Shown here: in pieces, positions 49,369 to 61,708 of the stretch
Position numbering within the stretch: position 1 is the first letter of the stretch
How the letters are laid out: each line of letters begins with the position of its first letter
From: Takakia lepidozioides
Lineage: Eukaryota; Plantae; Bryophyta
Assembly (NCBI GenBank): GCA_030704615.1
Contig: CM060734.1
Location: 42,594,001 to 42,658,000, forward strand
Length of the DNA stretch: 64,000 bases
Reading direction: 5' to 3'
Translations under genes and position numbers: made by a program
Notes under the pieces: generated by a model
The model's database searches: none
The model's input: the letters and a program-made list of their open reading frames with translations, nothing else
What the model was told of the DNA's origin: nothing

Positions 49369-52020
49369 TCACCATGGATATTCATTCGTGGGCTTCTTTG
49401 TTAACTGAATCTGAAGATCTCCACAATGGAGAATCAACTCATAGTGTGCCTTAGAGTCTTTTATCTTCCAAGCAGCTTGAAGTACAACATCAGCCACAGC
49501 GGAGTCCGGGTCGATACTGTTAGCCACTCCCCAAAATTCAGATCCCATTAAATGTGTTTCCAGCTTAATGCACCAAATGGAATAATTAGTATCACTCAAA
49601 TGATCAATTTGATACGCCCTTGCTGCAGGAAAAGAGGGAGTAGCCATGGAGAATTTGTGTCATTGGACCAGACCTAGCCAATGGCAGGGCGTTGGCTCTT
49701 GCCCTTCTAATCACTAGCAGCAAATTTCATATAAATTGAGCAAGTACACGATCCGAGGTCGTAAGATGCAACCTTTGGTGACCATTTAAGATAAACAATC
49801 TCGTACCACCCTCTCATACCATGTTAATCATGTCATTCATAGTCATAGGCTCATTGAAGCAATGCAAAGGAGAGAAAGTAGATTCTCTACATGTTGACAA
49901 TTGAAAAAATGAACAGACACAACCGTCCAACTACCACCAATTTGAATACATTGTCTAGAATCTCATGAACAAGTGCAATGCTTGGTGATGATGAATGAGG
50001 TTGTTAGAGGATGTTGATGAAATCTTTCCAACACTCCCCCTTCAGCAGTATCCGAAGATTTGTTGTTGTTAACCCTCATTCATGTTCTTCAAGACTCTTC
50101 CTTCATCAAGAATCCAATAACTTAGATGATGCTGAGGATAATCCAAAGGTGTGTGTGCATCATAATGCTTGTCCTTGGGAAGAGGTTTAGTGAAGATATT
50201 TAGCGCACACTAGATCAGTGGGTGTATAAATGAGCTGAATGACTTTAGCCTCAACTTCCTCGCGTAGGAAATGATAACGTAGCTCTATATGCTTAGAGCG
50301 ATAATGAAATCTAGGATTTTTGGATGAAACGATACATGACTGATAATCGCAGTATAGTGTAGTAGCGTCAAATGGTGAAAACCCAACTTCCTAAAAACAT
50401 TGGCGGAGTCAATGTAACTTCTTAACTGCTGATGCTACAACAATATATTCGGATTCAATAGAAGATAATGCGACAATACGTTGCTTGCGGCTTTGCCAAG
50501 AGACAAGGCAGCCGTCTAGCAAAAATACATAACCGGAGGTGGAGCGTCGGGTATCAGGGTCATCAGTCCATTGAGAGTTTGTCCAACCTTGCAAAAAAGA
50601 TGGAGATGTTAGAGTGGAGGATACTCCACCATACTTAAGGCCCATTGTGGCTGTAGCTTGAAGATAGCGGAAGACACACTTAATAGCTGCCCAATGAAGT
50701 TGGCCTGGGTTGTACATTATAAAGTGAGCCAAATGACCAACAATATAGGCTAGATGAGGTTGAGTATGAGTTACAAGATACATCAAACTGCCTATAGCTT
50801 GAGAATAAGGAACAAAGGTCATAGTTTCTTACTCCAAAAGTGTGGTAGGCATCATGGCCTTAGATAGATAATCAGCACCAACTTGAAGAGGAGTGTTAAT
50901 GGATCTACAATCGCTCTGCATATTGAACTTCTTTAAGACGTCAAGGATGTATTTATTATGAGACGATGAGAGCTCATGGATAGCAGGATTCATTCACTGC
51001 TAGATGCCTAGGCAATAGGCAATAGTACCTGCATTGTTTGTCATAGAAAGTTCTTGGGCCATCATAGCTTTAGACTCATTCAAGAAATTGAGGTTATTGG
51101 ATACCAAAATTAGGTCATTGACATAGAGACCAATGGCCACAAAGAAGGCTTTGTATGACTTTTTAAATAAACATTGGAATTGGAAAGCACTGCTTGTAAC
51201 CAGTGCAGAGAAGATGAGTGGTAAAACGCTTATATCATACGCGGGGAGCTTGTTTCAGCCCATAAAAAGAGTTGAGCAAACGACAAACCTTATGCTCTTC
51301 CCCGGGTTTGATAAAACCTTCTGGTTGAGCAAATAAATTTCTTCAGCCAAATAGCCATGTAAGAAGGCTGTAGTGACATCCATTTGATAAATATGATGAT
51401 CAAAAGTGCAGCAAAGGACAATAGAACCCGAAGAGAAGTCATTCTGACTACGGGAGAGAAGGTCTTATGGTAATCAATACTTGCTTCTTGGGTAAATCCT
51501 CGAGCTACAAGCTTGGCTTTGTAGCGAGCCACAGTGCCATGAGAGTTATATTTGTGGCGAAAAATCCATTTGTTGTTGACCACCGAACGGTTGGATGGGA
51601 GTTCAATAAAGTGCCATGTGCACCTATTGTGCATTAAAGAGGTAAATTTCGCAGTCATGGCATCTTGCCAATGAACATCATGTAGACTGGCTAAGGCTTC
51701 TTTCACAGAGGAAGGATGATCAGCAACTTGAACCATGCAAACATACTCAAAGAGGCTTTCATCGTGAAACTTGCTTGATTGTCATGTGCCTTTGGTAGAC
51801 CGTGCAGAAATGTGGGTAGGACGCGTTACAGGTGGTGAACTAGAAGGTGTGGAAGAATGAGAAGTAGAATTGGTAGTAGTACCACATGGCCTGTTTATAG
51901 GAGGCCGTACTTGGGAAACAGAAGGTGGGACTGTTAAAATGGGTGTGGAGGGAGCACTAGGAGATGACAAGGCAGGAATAGAAGCAAGACCAAGTGCTGG
52001 AATTGGTGAATGTATAACAC
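49369..52020 (-). mobile_element. Decayed Ty1/copia segment: RT, RNase H, PPT, LTR (49822-50033), PBS, start of a downstream gag
   Basis: YKAKLVARGFTQ, VPYSQAIGSLMYL, RRSTSGY..VSWQSRKQ..ALSSIESEY; PPT GAAGGGGGAG abuts TGTTGG; PBS-like TGGTATGAGAG; gag start MATPSFP. Confidence 0.88.
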
Positions 52021-52149
52021 TTTTGTTAAAAAGTCCTACCCCAAATAGGCTAGAATTGTTTTATTAGAAATTTTAGTATTTAATTCTGAAAAAATAGAAA
52101 ACCATTTTTTATTTCTAATAATTAGAGATTTTTGAATTTGGCACCTCTA

Positions 52150-52318
52150 GATTATGGGTTTACAAAGCCTTCTTTGTGGCTATTGGTCTCTATGTCGATA
52201 ACCTAATTTTGGTGTCTGGAATAACCTCAAGTTCTTGAATGAGTCTAAAGCTATGATGGCCCAAGAAGTTTCTATGATAGATAATGGTAATATTGCCTAT
52301 TTCCTCGGCATCCAGCTG
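52150..52318 (+). mobile_element. Inverted copia RT fragment
   Basis: Reverse complement of ~51000-51160 (GLYVD.LILVS motif). Confidence 0.7.
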
Positions 52319-52832
52319 CGAAGGAATCTTGCTACTCAGGGGTAGTTGCAGGTTATGGTGGACCAAAAATTGTATAACATGGCAGTTTCTGCAGTGACCT
52401 CCATTCATGGTGCCTTTTCTAGTAAAATCACAACTCAATTTCATACAAGTTTATACGGTCTAAGATTTGTAACTACAGTAGAGACATACTCCAATTTTAT
52501 TATTATTAAAAGGATCATCTATGAAAGAGCTATGGACTCTTAAAGTTGAATCTTATGGACTGCAGTGTTACACATGAAAAACCATATGGACTAAAAAAAA
52601 AATTGTTTGATGGGAGGAAGTGGTCAAATTTATGATTTGTTTCTAGTATCTGACCAAGCTTGTTAGCATTTACATAGCAAAAAAGAAAACACATTAGGGG
52701 TGTCATTTTTGAAAGCTACCCAAATGCACTTTTATATGGACTAAAAACATCAAGTGAGAGGTATGGACTAATTTATACTAAACACTAGGCCCAAACTCAG
52801 GACCTATTTTTCCTAATGTACATTATCCTCAT
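52319..52832. mobile_element. MITE of the ATGGACT-motif family (right end uncertain)
   Basis: Left end GGGGTAGTTGCAGG resembles the TIRs at 54937 and 56716; repeated ATGGACT. Confidence 0.5.
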
Positions 52833-54936
52833 TTAGAGACTTTTGGGATATCATCATTAGTAAAAAACAAATAAACATTGATTGTAACCAGTAGAGAGAA
52901 GATGAGTGGTAAAACGCTCATACCAGACGCGAGGAGCTTGTTTCAGCCCATAAAGAGATGTGAGCAAATGACAAACCTTATGCTCTTCTCCGGGTTTGAT
53001 AAAACCTTCTGGTTGAGCAAGATAAATTTCTTCAGGAAGATCTAAGCCATGTAAGAAGGCTATAGTGACATCCATTTGATGAATAGGATAGTTGTAAAGT
53101 GCAACAAGGGAAAGTGGAACCCGAAGAGAAGTCATCTTGACAACAGGAGAGAAGGTCTCCTGGTACTCAATGCCTGCTTCTTGGGTAGATCCCCGAGCTA
53201 CTAGCCTTGATATGTAGCGAGCCACAGTGCCATCAGAGTTATATTTGCGCCGGCGGAAAATTCACTTGTTGCTGACCACCGAACGATTGGGTGGGAGCTG
53301 ATCAACAAGTTGTCAGGTGCGATTGTGCATTAAAGAGTGATATTCCGCAGTCATGGCATCTTGCCAATGAGCAGCATGTGGACTGGCTAAGGCTTGTTTT
53401 ATAGAAGAAGGATCATCAACAACTTGAACCATGCAAACATACTCAAAGAGGCTCTCATCGCGAAACTTGCTTGAGTGCCAGGTGCCTTTGGTAGACTGTG
53501 CAGATATGCGGGTAGGGCGTGCTGCAGGTGGTAAACTAGATGGACTTGTGGAAGAAAGAGAAGTAGAACTAGTAGTAGTACGACAAAGCCTGTATATAGG
53601 GAGTTGTACTTTAGAAACAGAAGGTGAGATTGACAAAATGGGTGCAGAGGGAACAATAGGAGATGGTAAGGCAGGAATAGGAGCAGGACCAAGTGTTGGA
53701 TTAGGTAATTGTACAGCAGGGACGACATCAGGCATGGGATAGAAAAGATCATATAGATCAGTATCTGATGGCGTTGGTGGGGAATCTTCATGAAAGATAA
53801 CGCTGCGACTAACAGAGAGTTTGTGTGTGATATGATCATAAAGACGATAGCCTTTTATGCCTACACTTTCTCCATAGCCAATAAAAATACACTTAGTAGC
53901 TTTGGGATCAAGTTTCCTTTTGGTCTCATCTGGAATGTGCTCATAGGCAGGACAACCAAAGACACGAAGGTGGTGGATGTCGGGTTTAGTACCTGTCCAA
54001 GCTTCATAGGGGGTCAAACCTAAAACGGAGGAAGTATAGGAGATGTTTTGAAGATAATATGTTGTAGAAACAGCTTCAGCCCAAAAAATATAGGGTAACC
54101 GGGTTGATTGCAACATGCTCCTAGCAGACTCCACCAATGTTCGATTCTTACTCTCCGATACACCATTCTGACTTTGGTTGTAGGGAATAGCAAACTGGGC
54201 CTTAATCCCATGTGTTGCACAAAATGTGTGGAATTCCGTGAAGTTGTACTCGCAACCATTGTCAGATCGAAGGACTTTAAGATGTCGACCAGTTTGATTC
54301 TCCACCAGTGTCTTGTATGTTGAAATTTGGAGAAGACTTCAGATTTTTTCTTAAGAAAATACACCATAGTATATCTGGAGTTATCATCCACAAAGATCAA
54401 GAAATAGCAGGCACCACCAAGAGAGGGTGTTTGCATAGGACCACACAAGTCAGAGTGCACCATCTCTAATGGAGCAGTGGCTCGAACCACTTTATGAGTA
54501 GGGAAGCTGAACTTGTGATGTTTCCCCAAGATACAACCCTCACAGAAAGGTAGTGGAGAGGACAGAGGTGGAAGGCCAGTGACCATGGTAGTGGTAGACA
54601 TATGTTGAAGAGCATTGAAATCTATATGTCCCAGTCTATGGTGCCATTCAATTGTGTCTACCTCAAAAAAAAAAAAGTGTGACGGAAGTGGAAGGTAGTC
54701 CGATGCCTATAGGAGAAAGTCTCCCCGCTTGTGGACAATAAAAAAATATTACCTTACCAGTAGGAGTAGAGGCTGTGATAGTGCAGTGACCAGAAGAAAA
54801 TCGCACCATACTATTTCCTTTACTTGTAAGCTGACCCACATAAAGCTGATTCTTGGCCATCATCTATAATGATCACTTGACCAGTAGACACCTTGACAGA
54901 AACAGTGCCAATGCTTATAGCTTGATGCTGACCATC

Positions 54937-55599
54937 GGGTAATTGCAAAGTAGAGTGGACCAAAACCGGCAAATCGTGAGTACATAAAGAGTACATAAAT
55001 GAGGATGTGACGAATCCTCAACCATCGATCTTGACCGTCTATTATTGACTGTTAAAACCAAGATTTTCAAATTGCGATAATATCAATTCACAAATATTTT
55101 TTGAAATTTGATCATACTCAACTGTGCATTTATGGTGAATGCGTCTATTGAAAAAAGTTTTGTTATTTCAAAAGAATTTAGTCATGAAGGACTCTATGAA
55201 AATAGCTATTTTTTAGGCTAAAAATAGTACATAATTTTTTTTAACTTCCTATTTTGAATGATAGTTTTCATTCCAGATTCCTCATTCTCCAAAGCAAGTT
55301 TGAGAGAGTCCCTTTTCTTGACTTTGTTCTAATTCATATAAAATGGTCCATAACGTCTTTTTTTTACGGACAGTGACAATTTTTTATGGATTTTTTAAAA
55401 GTCCATAGCATCTAGAGATTCTGGTTTTTGATAATTAGATTTAAAAGTGTGAAAGTATATGTAGATGAGCCTCTATATGTTAGTCCCTTTTTATTGATGG
55501 CATTGTTATGTAGGAGTATGATAATTTACCACTATTCTATGTCTGGAAAAAAAAGTGTTGTGACAGCAAAAAATGGACACTGTAGGCTACAATCACCCC
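54937..55599. mobile_element. PIF/Harbinger-like MITE inserted in the copia protease region
   Basis: Ends GGGTAATTGCAAAG and GGCTACAATCACCCC; 3-bp TSD ATC. Removing it restores MGDDGQHQAI on the minus strand. Confidence 0.7.
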
Positions 55600-56715
55600 A
55601 TCATCACCCATTTATATAGTACGAGGGTTGATTAATGACTCATAGACTTGAAACCACTCTTGTCTAAGGGTCATATGTTGGGTGGCTCCTAAATCTAAGT
55701 ACCAAGTCTCACAAAAGTCTTGACTATTGTCAAAGACTGTGGTAAAGAGATGCAATGGTTCTGGATCAGAGGTAGCAGTATTGGCTTGTGGTCGATGTGT
55801 TCACACCATTCGCTCTATTTTTCAACCGTTTCCGGCATTTAGGGTCTTATGGTCCTGTATGCCGCAATAATGGCAAACCACTGTTGTTTTGCCCCAAGAT
55901 TGGGAAGACCTATTGCCAGGAGTTTTGGGAAGAGAGCTTGAGCCTTCAGCGGATGAGGTCGTGGAGACAGGCCGTCGTCCCTGGAGGGGCTTATTTTTAA
56001 AATAAAAGGTAGCTGATTTAGGATCAGTATCAGCTTTGATCATCCCTTCTTCTTGGAGCATGTTAACAACTAGGTCTGCCAAGGTTAAATTTGATAAATT
56101 ACCGTGACTTGAAACAAATGAGCGCCAAGAAGATGGAAGTGTTCCAAGCAAAAACATAATTTGCTAGTCTTCAGTAATTTGTAGACCTGCAATGGCAGCA
56201 TCATCAAGTGTGCTAAGTGCCAATCTTCTAGAACTCGGTGACAGACCGTGATTTGGAGAGGGTTAAATTTATAATTCGCTTATGAATTGCGATTTGAGAA
56301 GCTTTATTCGTATGTTGAGCTTATCCCATACCGCCTTTGCAGTGGTAAGAACTCTCACCCACTGGATTTGACGGTCTCCACAGTGCAAGATGATGTCGGC
56401 ACGAGCCTTACCATCTCGTACTTTCCAAGCGGCTTGTAAAGCTGCATCTGCAGCATTCGCGTCAAGGTCGCTTCCAGGAACAACTTGCCACAATTCGGAT
56501 CGCATTAATAGCATCTCCAACTTAATGCTCCAAACTGAGTAGTTGACACTAGTCAACTTCTCAATTTGATAAGCCCGTGGAGTAGAACTTGAGGAAGCAG
56601 CCATTCAAGAGACCTTCTGGTCTATGGCAGAGCGTAAGCCCTTGCTTATGCAGTTTCAGTTGCTATGGATTAGTTGAGCACTAGAGGCTCTGATACCATG
56701 TGGAAATATGTCACA

Positions 56716-57474
56716 GGGTAGATGCAGACTACACTGGCTCAGTTTGGACTGCAATTTGCAGTTTTCGACTGACTGCTTGTCATATTATTCTTCACCCTAT
56801 ACACATAAGTATATATTCATAGAAAATGGACTTAGAATGGATTAGCCACTTACTATATGCATATGTGGGTATAATTTTTTTGGAATTTGGATGAAATCTC
56901 ATGAAGCTATGGACTTTTGCAGTGAATTTCCATGGACTGTCACAGTCCCTCTATTGTCCCAAATGTCATCTGAAAAACCTATTTGTGCAAACCAATTCAT
57001 TATATGGACTTTACAACTAGATACACAATGTTTGAATAGACACAAATATAAATTTGTGAACAATTCCATCCATCCATCAAGACACTATGGATTTTTTTGT
57101 ACCAAAAAAACCCCCAAAATGACGATTTGTCCATAGCATTTTGAAAAATTCATATTTGGGTGGAGATCTTTGCTAATAATATATATATTGTTATTGTCTC
57201 TAGGAGCTTGTTGTTATATGGACAAATTTCATAGACTACAAGATAATAATAAATAGCTATTATCTCTAAATAAGAGAAAAATATTTAATAAAACATATCT
57301 CAAATATTTGGGATGAGACCATTTTACTAAATATGATTAGTATACCATTACCTATGAAGATAAAAATATATTTGAACAAATATCCTTAATTAAAATTTAA
57401 TTAATTTTTTCTCATGGGCTTTCAGTGGAGGGCATATCTGCCGCTTTTGAGCCAGTGTAGTCTACACTTACCCC
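56716..57474. mobile_element. PIF/Harbinger-like MITE inserted in the copia 5' LTR
   Basis: ~25-bp TIRs GGGTAGATGCAGACTACACTGGCTC and GAGCCAGTGTAGTCTACACTTACCCC; flanks ACA/ATA. Removing it restores the LTR seen at 59016-59276. Confidence 0.8.
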
Positions 57475-57741
57475 ATATGATCAATATTTGAGCAATATTA
57501 CAAGAGATAGAGATTGAATTCTCTACATGTTGATGTATTAAAATGTCAGAGCGAGAGAGAACACTTAAAGGTTCTACCTAAAGGCATAGTGTGAACAGTC
57601 ATAACCCTAAGTACTAGCACAACTGTCTAACTACCTGCACCAATTGAATACACTTTAGAGTATCATGAATATATATGTGCAATGCTTGGTGATGATGAAT
57701 GAGGAACTTTATTACATGATGTTGATGAAATCTCTCCAACA

Positions 57742-59276
57742 AAAGCTACTAAGTGTATTTTTATTGGATCTGGAGAAAGTGTGGCATGAAAGGCTATCGT
57801 CTTTATATGCCTCTATCACACAAACACTCTTTGTAAGTTACAATGTTATCTTTCATGAAGATTATTCTCTTCGAGGGGGAGCACCACCATCACATATATA
57901 CCCACCATCACATATTGATCTATATGATCCCTTCTATCCCATAGTGTCATATCTATCATCTAAAATTAAATATTTGGATAAATTCCTCAATTTGAGGTAT
58001 CTATATAGACTTTCATGGAGGAAAAATCTGCCTCTTTTGGTCCACCGTACCCTGCAACTGCTGCTGCTCAGTCATCCCCCCCCTCATGAGCTCACTTTGT
58101 CTCAAGATAAGTACATCTTTGACATCTTAAAGAAGTTTAATATGAGTGATTGCAGACCTATTAGTACTCCTCTTCAAGCTGGTGCACACCTATCAAAGGC
58201 CATGATGTCAACCACACCTTTGGAGCAAGAAGCTATGACGTCTATTCTTTACTCTCAAGCTATAGGCAGTCTTATGTATCTTATAACATGTACTGGACCT
58301 GACCTCGCCTATACAGTTGGTCATCTGGTTCAATTTATGTCCAACCCAGGCCAACTTCATTGGGCGGCTGTTAAGCGTGTCTTCCGATATCTTCAGCTAC
58401 TGCCACAATGGGCCTCAAGTATGGTGGAGTATCCTCCACTCTCACCTCTCCATCTTTCTTGCAAGGTTGGACAGATTCTGACTGGGCTGGTGACCCTGAT
58501 ACCCGACGCTCCACTTCTGGTTATGTGTTTTTGCTAGATGGCTGCCTTATCGCTTGGCAAAGCTGCAAGCAACGTATTGTCGCATTATCTTCTATTGAGT
58601 CTGAATATATTGTTGCAATATCAGGAGCTAAGGAGTTGCTTTGGCTCCGTCAATTCTTTCAGGAAGTAGGGTTTTCACCATCTGGCGCGCAACTACATTG
58701 TACTGTGATAATCGCCTTAATAAAAAATCCTAGGTTTCATGATCGTTCTAAGCATATCGAGCTACGTTATCATTTCCTACGCGAGAAGGTCGAGGTTAAA
58801 GTTATTCAGCTCCTTTATACCTCCACTGATCAAATGTGGGCTGATATTCTCACTAAAGCTCTTCCCAAGGACAAGCATTTATTATGCACAGAAGTTCTTA
58901 GGTTATCCTCACCATCATCTCCGGTCTTGGATTCTTGCTGAAGGGGGAGTCTTAAAGAATGTGAATGAGAATGAGGGTCAGCAACAACAAGTCTTAGGAT
59001 GCTGCTGAAATGGAGTGTTGGAGAGATTTCATCAACATCCTCTAATAAAGTTCCTCATTCATCATCACCAAGCATTGCACCTATTCATGATACTCTAAAG
59101 TGTATTCAATTGGTGCAGGTAGTTAGACAGTTGTGCCTGTACTTAGGGTTATGACTGTTCACACTAGGCAGAACCAGCTTTAAGTGTTCTCTCTCTCACA
59201 TTTTAATACATCAACATGTAAAGAATTCAACTCTATCTCTTGTATTGCTTAAATGATCCTATGATATATTTCCACA
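57742..59276 (+). mobile_element. Copia 3' half: post-integrase region, RT end, RNase H, PPT, 3' LTR (59016-59276)
   Basis: KATKCIFIG, GWTDSDWAGDPDTRRSTSGY, RSKHIELRYHFLRE, ADILTKAL; LTR TGTTGG...TTCCACA. Confidence 0.92.
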
Positions 59277-59870
59277 GCGATCAAGTTTCTTTCTTGTCTC
59301 ATCTAGCTGAATATACTCATAGGCAGGACAACCAAAGATACGAAGGTGGTGGATGTCAGGTGTAGTACCTATCCAAGCTTCATAGGGATGTCAACCTGGA
59401 ACAGAGAAAGTGTAGGAGATGTTTGAAGGTAACATGTTGTACAAACAGCTTCAGCCCAAAAAATATGGGGCAACCACATGCTCCTAGCAGACTCCACCGA
59501 TGTGTGATTCTTACGCTCCGATACACCATTCTGACTTTGGTTGTAGGGAATAGCGAACTGACATTTGATCCCATGTGTTGCATAAAACGTGTGGAATTTC
59601 GTGGAGATATACTCGCCACCAAGGACTTTAAGATATCGACCAGTTTGATTCTCCACCACGGTCTTATATGTTTGAAATTTGGAGAAGACTTCAGATTTCT
59701 TCTTAAGAAAATACACCATATAGTATATGTGGAGTAATCATCCACAAATATCAAGAAATAGCAGGCACTACCAAGAGAGGTGTCTGCATAGGCCCACACA
59801 AGTCAGAGTGCACCAACTGTAATGGAACAATGGTTCGAACCCCTTTATCAATATGGAAACTGGACTTGTG
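59277..59870 (-). mobile_element. Copia integrase fragment
   Basis: VHSDLCGP, YFLIFVDDYS, QNGVSERKNHT, FWAEAV. Confidence 0.88.
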
Positions 59871-61580
59871 GTACTATTGCCTATTGCCTAGGCGAATCCT
59901 GCTACCCATGAGCTCTCATTGTCTCAAGCTAAGTACATCTTTGACGTCTTAAAGAAGTTCAATATGAGCGATTGTAGACCCATTAGCACTCCTCATCAAG
60001 CTAGTGCTCATGACCTATCTAAGGCCATGATGCCTACCTACCACACTTTTTGGAGCAAGAAAATATGTCATATGTTCCTTATTCTCAAGCTATAGGCAAT
60101 TTGATGTATCTTGTAACTTGTACTCAACCTGATCTAGCCTATACTAGGTTGTTTATAAGTGTGTCTTCCGCTATCTTCAAGCTATGCCACAATGGGCCTC
60201 AAATATGGTGGAGTATCCTCCACTCTAACATCTCCATCTTTCTTGCAAGGTTGGACAAACTGTGACTCGGCTGATGATCGTAATACCCGACGCTCCACCT
60301 TTGGTTATGTAGTTTTGCTAGACGGCTGCCTTGTCTCTTGGCAAAGCTGCAAGCAACATTCTGTCGCGTTATCTTCTACCGAATCCGAATATATTGTTGC
60401 AGCATCAGCAGCTGAGGAGTTACTTTGGCTTCGCCAATTTCTTCAAGAAGTTGGGTTTCCACCGTCTGGTGTTGCTACCAAAAATCCTAGATTTCATGAT
60501 CGCTATAAGCACATAGAGCTATGTTATCATGATTTCCTACGCGAGAAAGTTGAGGCTAAAGTCATTCAACTCATTTATACCCCTACTGATCTAATGGGCG
60601 TTGATATCATCACTAAACCTCTTCCCAAGGACAAACATCTATGATGCGTACACACCCTTGGATTATCCTCAGCATCATTTAAGTTATTAGATTCTTGCTG
60701 AAGGGGGAGTCTTGAAGAACATGTCGAATAAGGGTCAGTAACAACAAATCTTCGGATGCTGCTGAAGAGGGAGTGTTGGAGAGATTTCATCAACATCCTC
60801 TAACAAACCTCATTCATCATCACCAAACATTGTACCTGTTCATGATATTCTAGACAATGTATTCGATTGGTGGTAGTTGACGGTTGTGTCTAGATTAAGG
60901 TTATGACGAATCACTATTGTGCATTTAATGTTCTTTCACTATCTCATTTTTGCATATATCAACATGTAGAGAATTTACTCTCTCTCTTTTGCACTGTTTC
61001 AATGAGCCTATGACATAATTAAAGTAAAGTAAAGTATGATGCCTCCTGAAGAAAACGTAACTTATGGTGTCTCTTCACCCTGAAGGGCTATTGCCTTCCT
61101 GTAGGAAGGTGGACCCCTTTGTGACACCAATCGGTGGATTGAATCCACAACCACTTCCGAGGTGGTATGTGCCCATTACTAGAGTTAGGCTATAACTTGG
61201 TTGTCGACATAATTAGCATGGCGTCAGAGGGTGACCTACGAGATTGTTTATCTTAAATGGTCACCAGAGGTCACATCTCGCGACCTCAGACTATGATATA
61301 CTCAATTTATATGGAATTCGCTGGTAATGATTAGAAGGGCAAGAGCCAATGTTCTGCCATTGGCTAGGTCTGGTCCAACGACACATTTAATTGTCCATAG
61401 CTGCTATACCCTCTTTTCCTACAGCAAGGGCGTATCAAATTAATCACTTGAGTAGTTACACTAATTATATCCATTTGGTCCATTAGAATGGAAATGCGTT
61501 TAATGAGATCTGAATTTTGGGGAGTGGTTAACTGTATGGACCCTGATCCCGCTGTGGCTGAGGGCTTGAAGCTTGGATTC
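59871..61580 (+). mobile_element. Copia RT end, RNase H, PPT, LTR (60774-61218), PBS and gag start; inverted counterpart of 49369-51030
   Basis: VPYSQAIGNLMYL, ALSSTESEY, ITKPLPK; LTR TGTTGG..ATTAGCA; PBS-like TGGCGTCAGAG; leader matches the reverse complement of 49650-49805. Confidence 0.88.
61022..61205 (-). mobile_element. tRNA-derived SINE inserted in a copia LTR
   Basis: 10-bp TSD GACATAATTA. On the minus strand: A-box-like TAGCCTAACTCTAG, B-box-like GGATTCAATCC and a (TACTT)n tail. Confidence 0.75.
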
Positions 61581-61613
61581 AACTTCTTTTTCATCTCAAC
61601 TGAGCTTCAACTT

Positions 61614-61658
61614 TGTTAGAATCTAATCATTCTATAGTCTTAGTGTGTAAAGCATACA

Positions 61659-61708
<50 letters not shown>

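Larger units (their letters stand above)
52857..57741 (-). mobile_element. Ty1/copia retrotransposon, decayed: 5' LTR (56699-57741, interrupted), Met-tRNA PBS, gag, protease, integrase, partial RT
   Basis: PBS TGGTATCAGAGCC right after the LTR end ...TTCCACA; gag NYSVWSIKLE and CHYCGIQDH knuckle; protease WYLDLGAT; integrase CEGCILGKH, VHSDLCGP, LRSDNGCEY, QNGVSE; RT HQMDVTIAFLHG, LYGLKQAPRVW. Confidence 0.93.

Noticed and set aside
49822-57741. Single intact full-length copia bounded by the two minus-strand LTRs
   Set aside because: The LTRs are different variants, no TSD was found, and the interior has a duplicated RT region, frameshifts and insertions.
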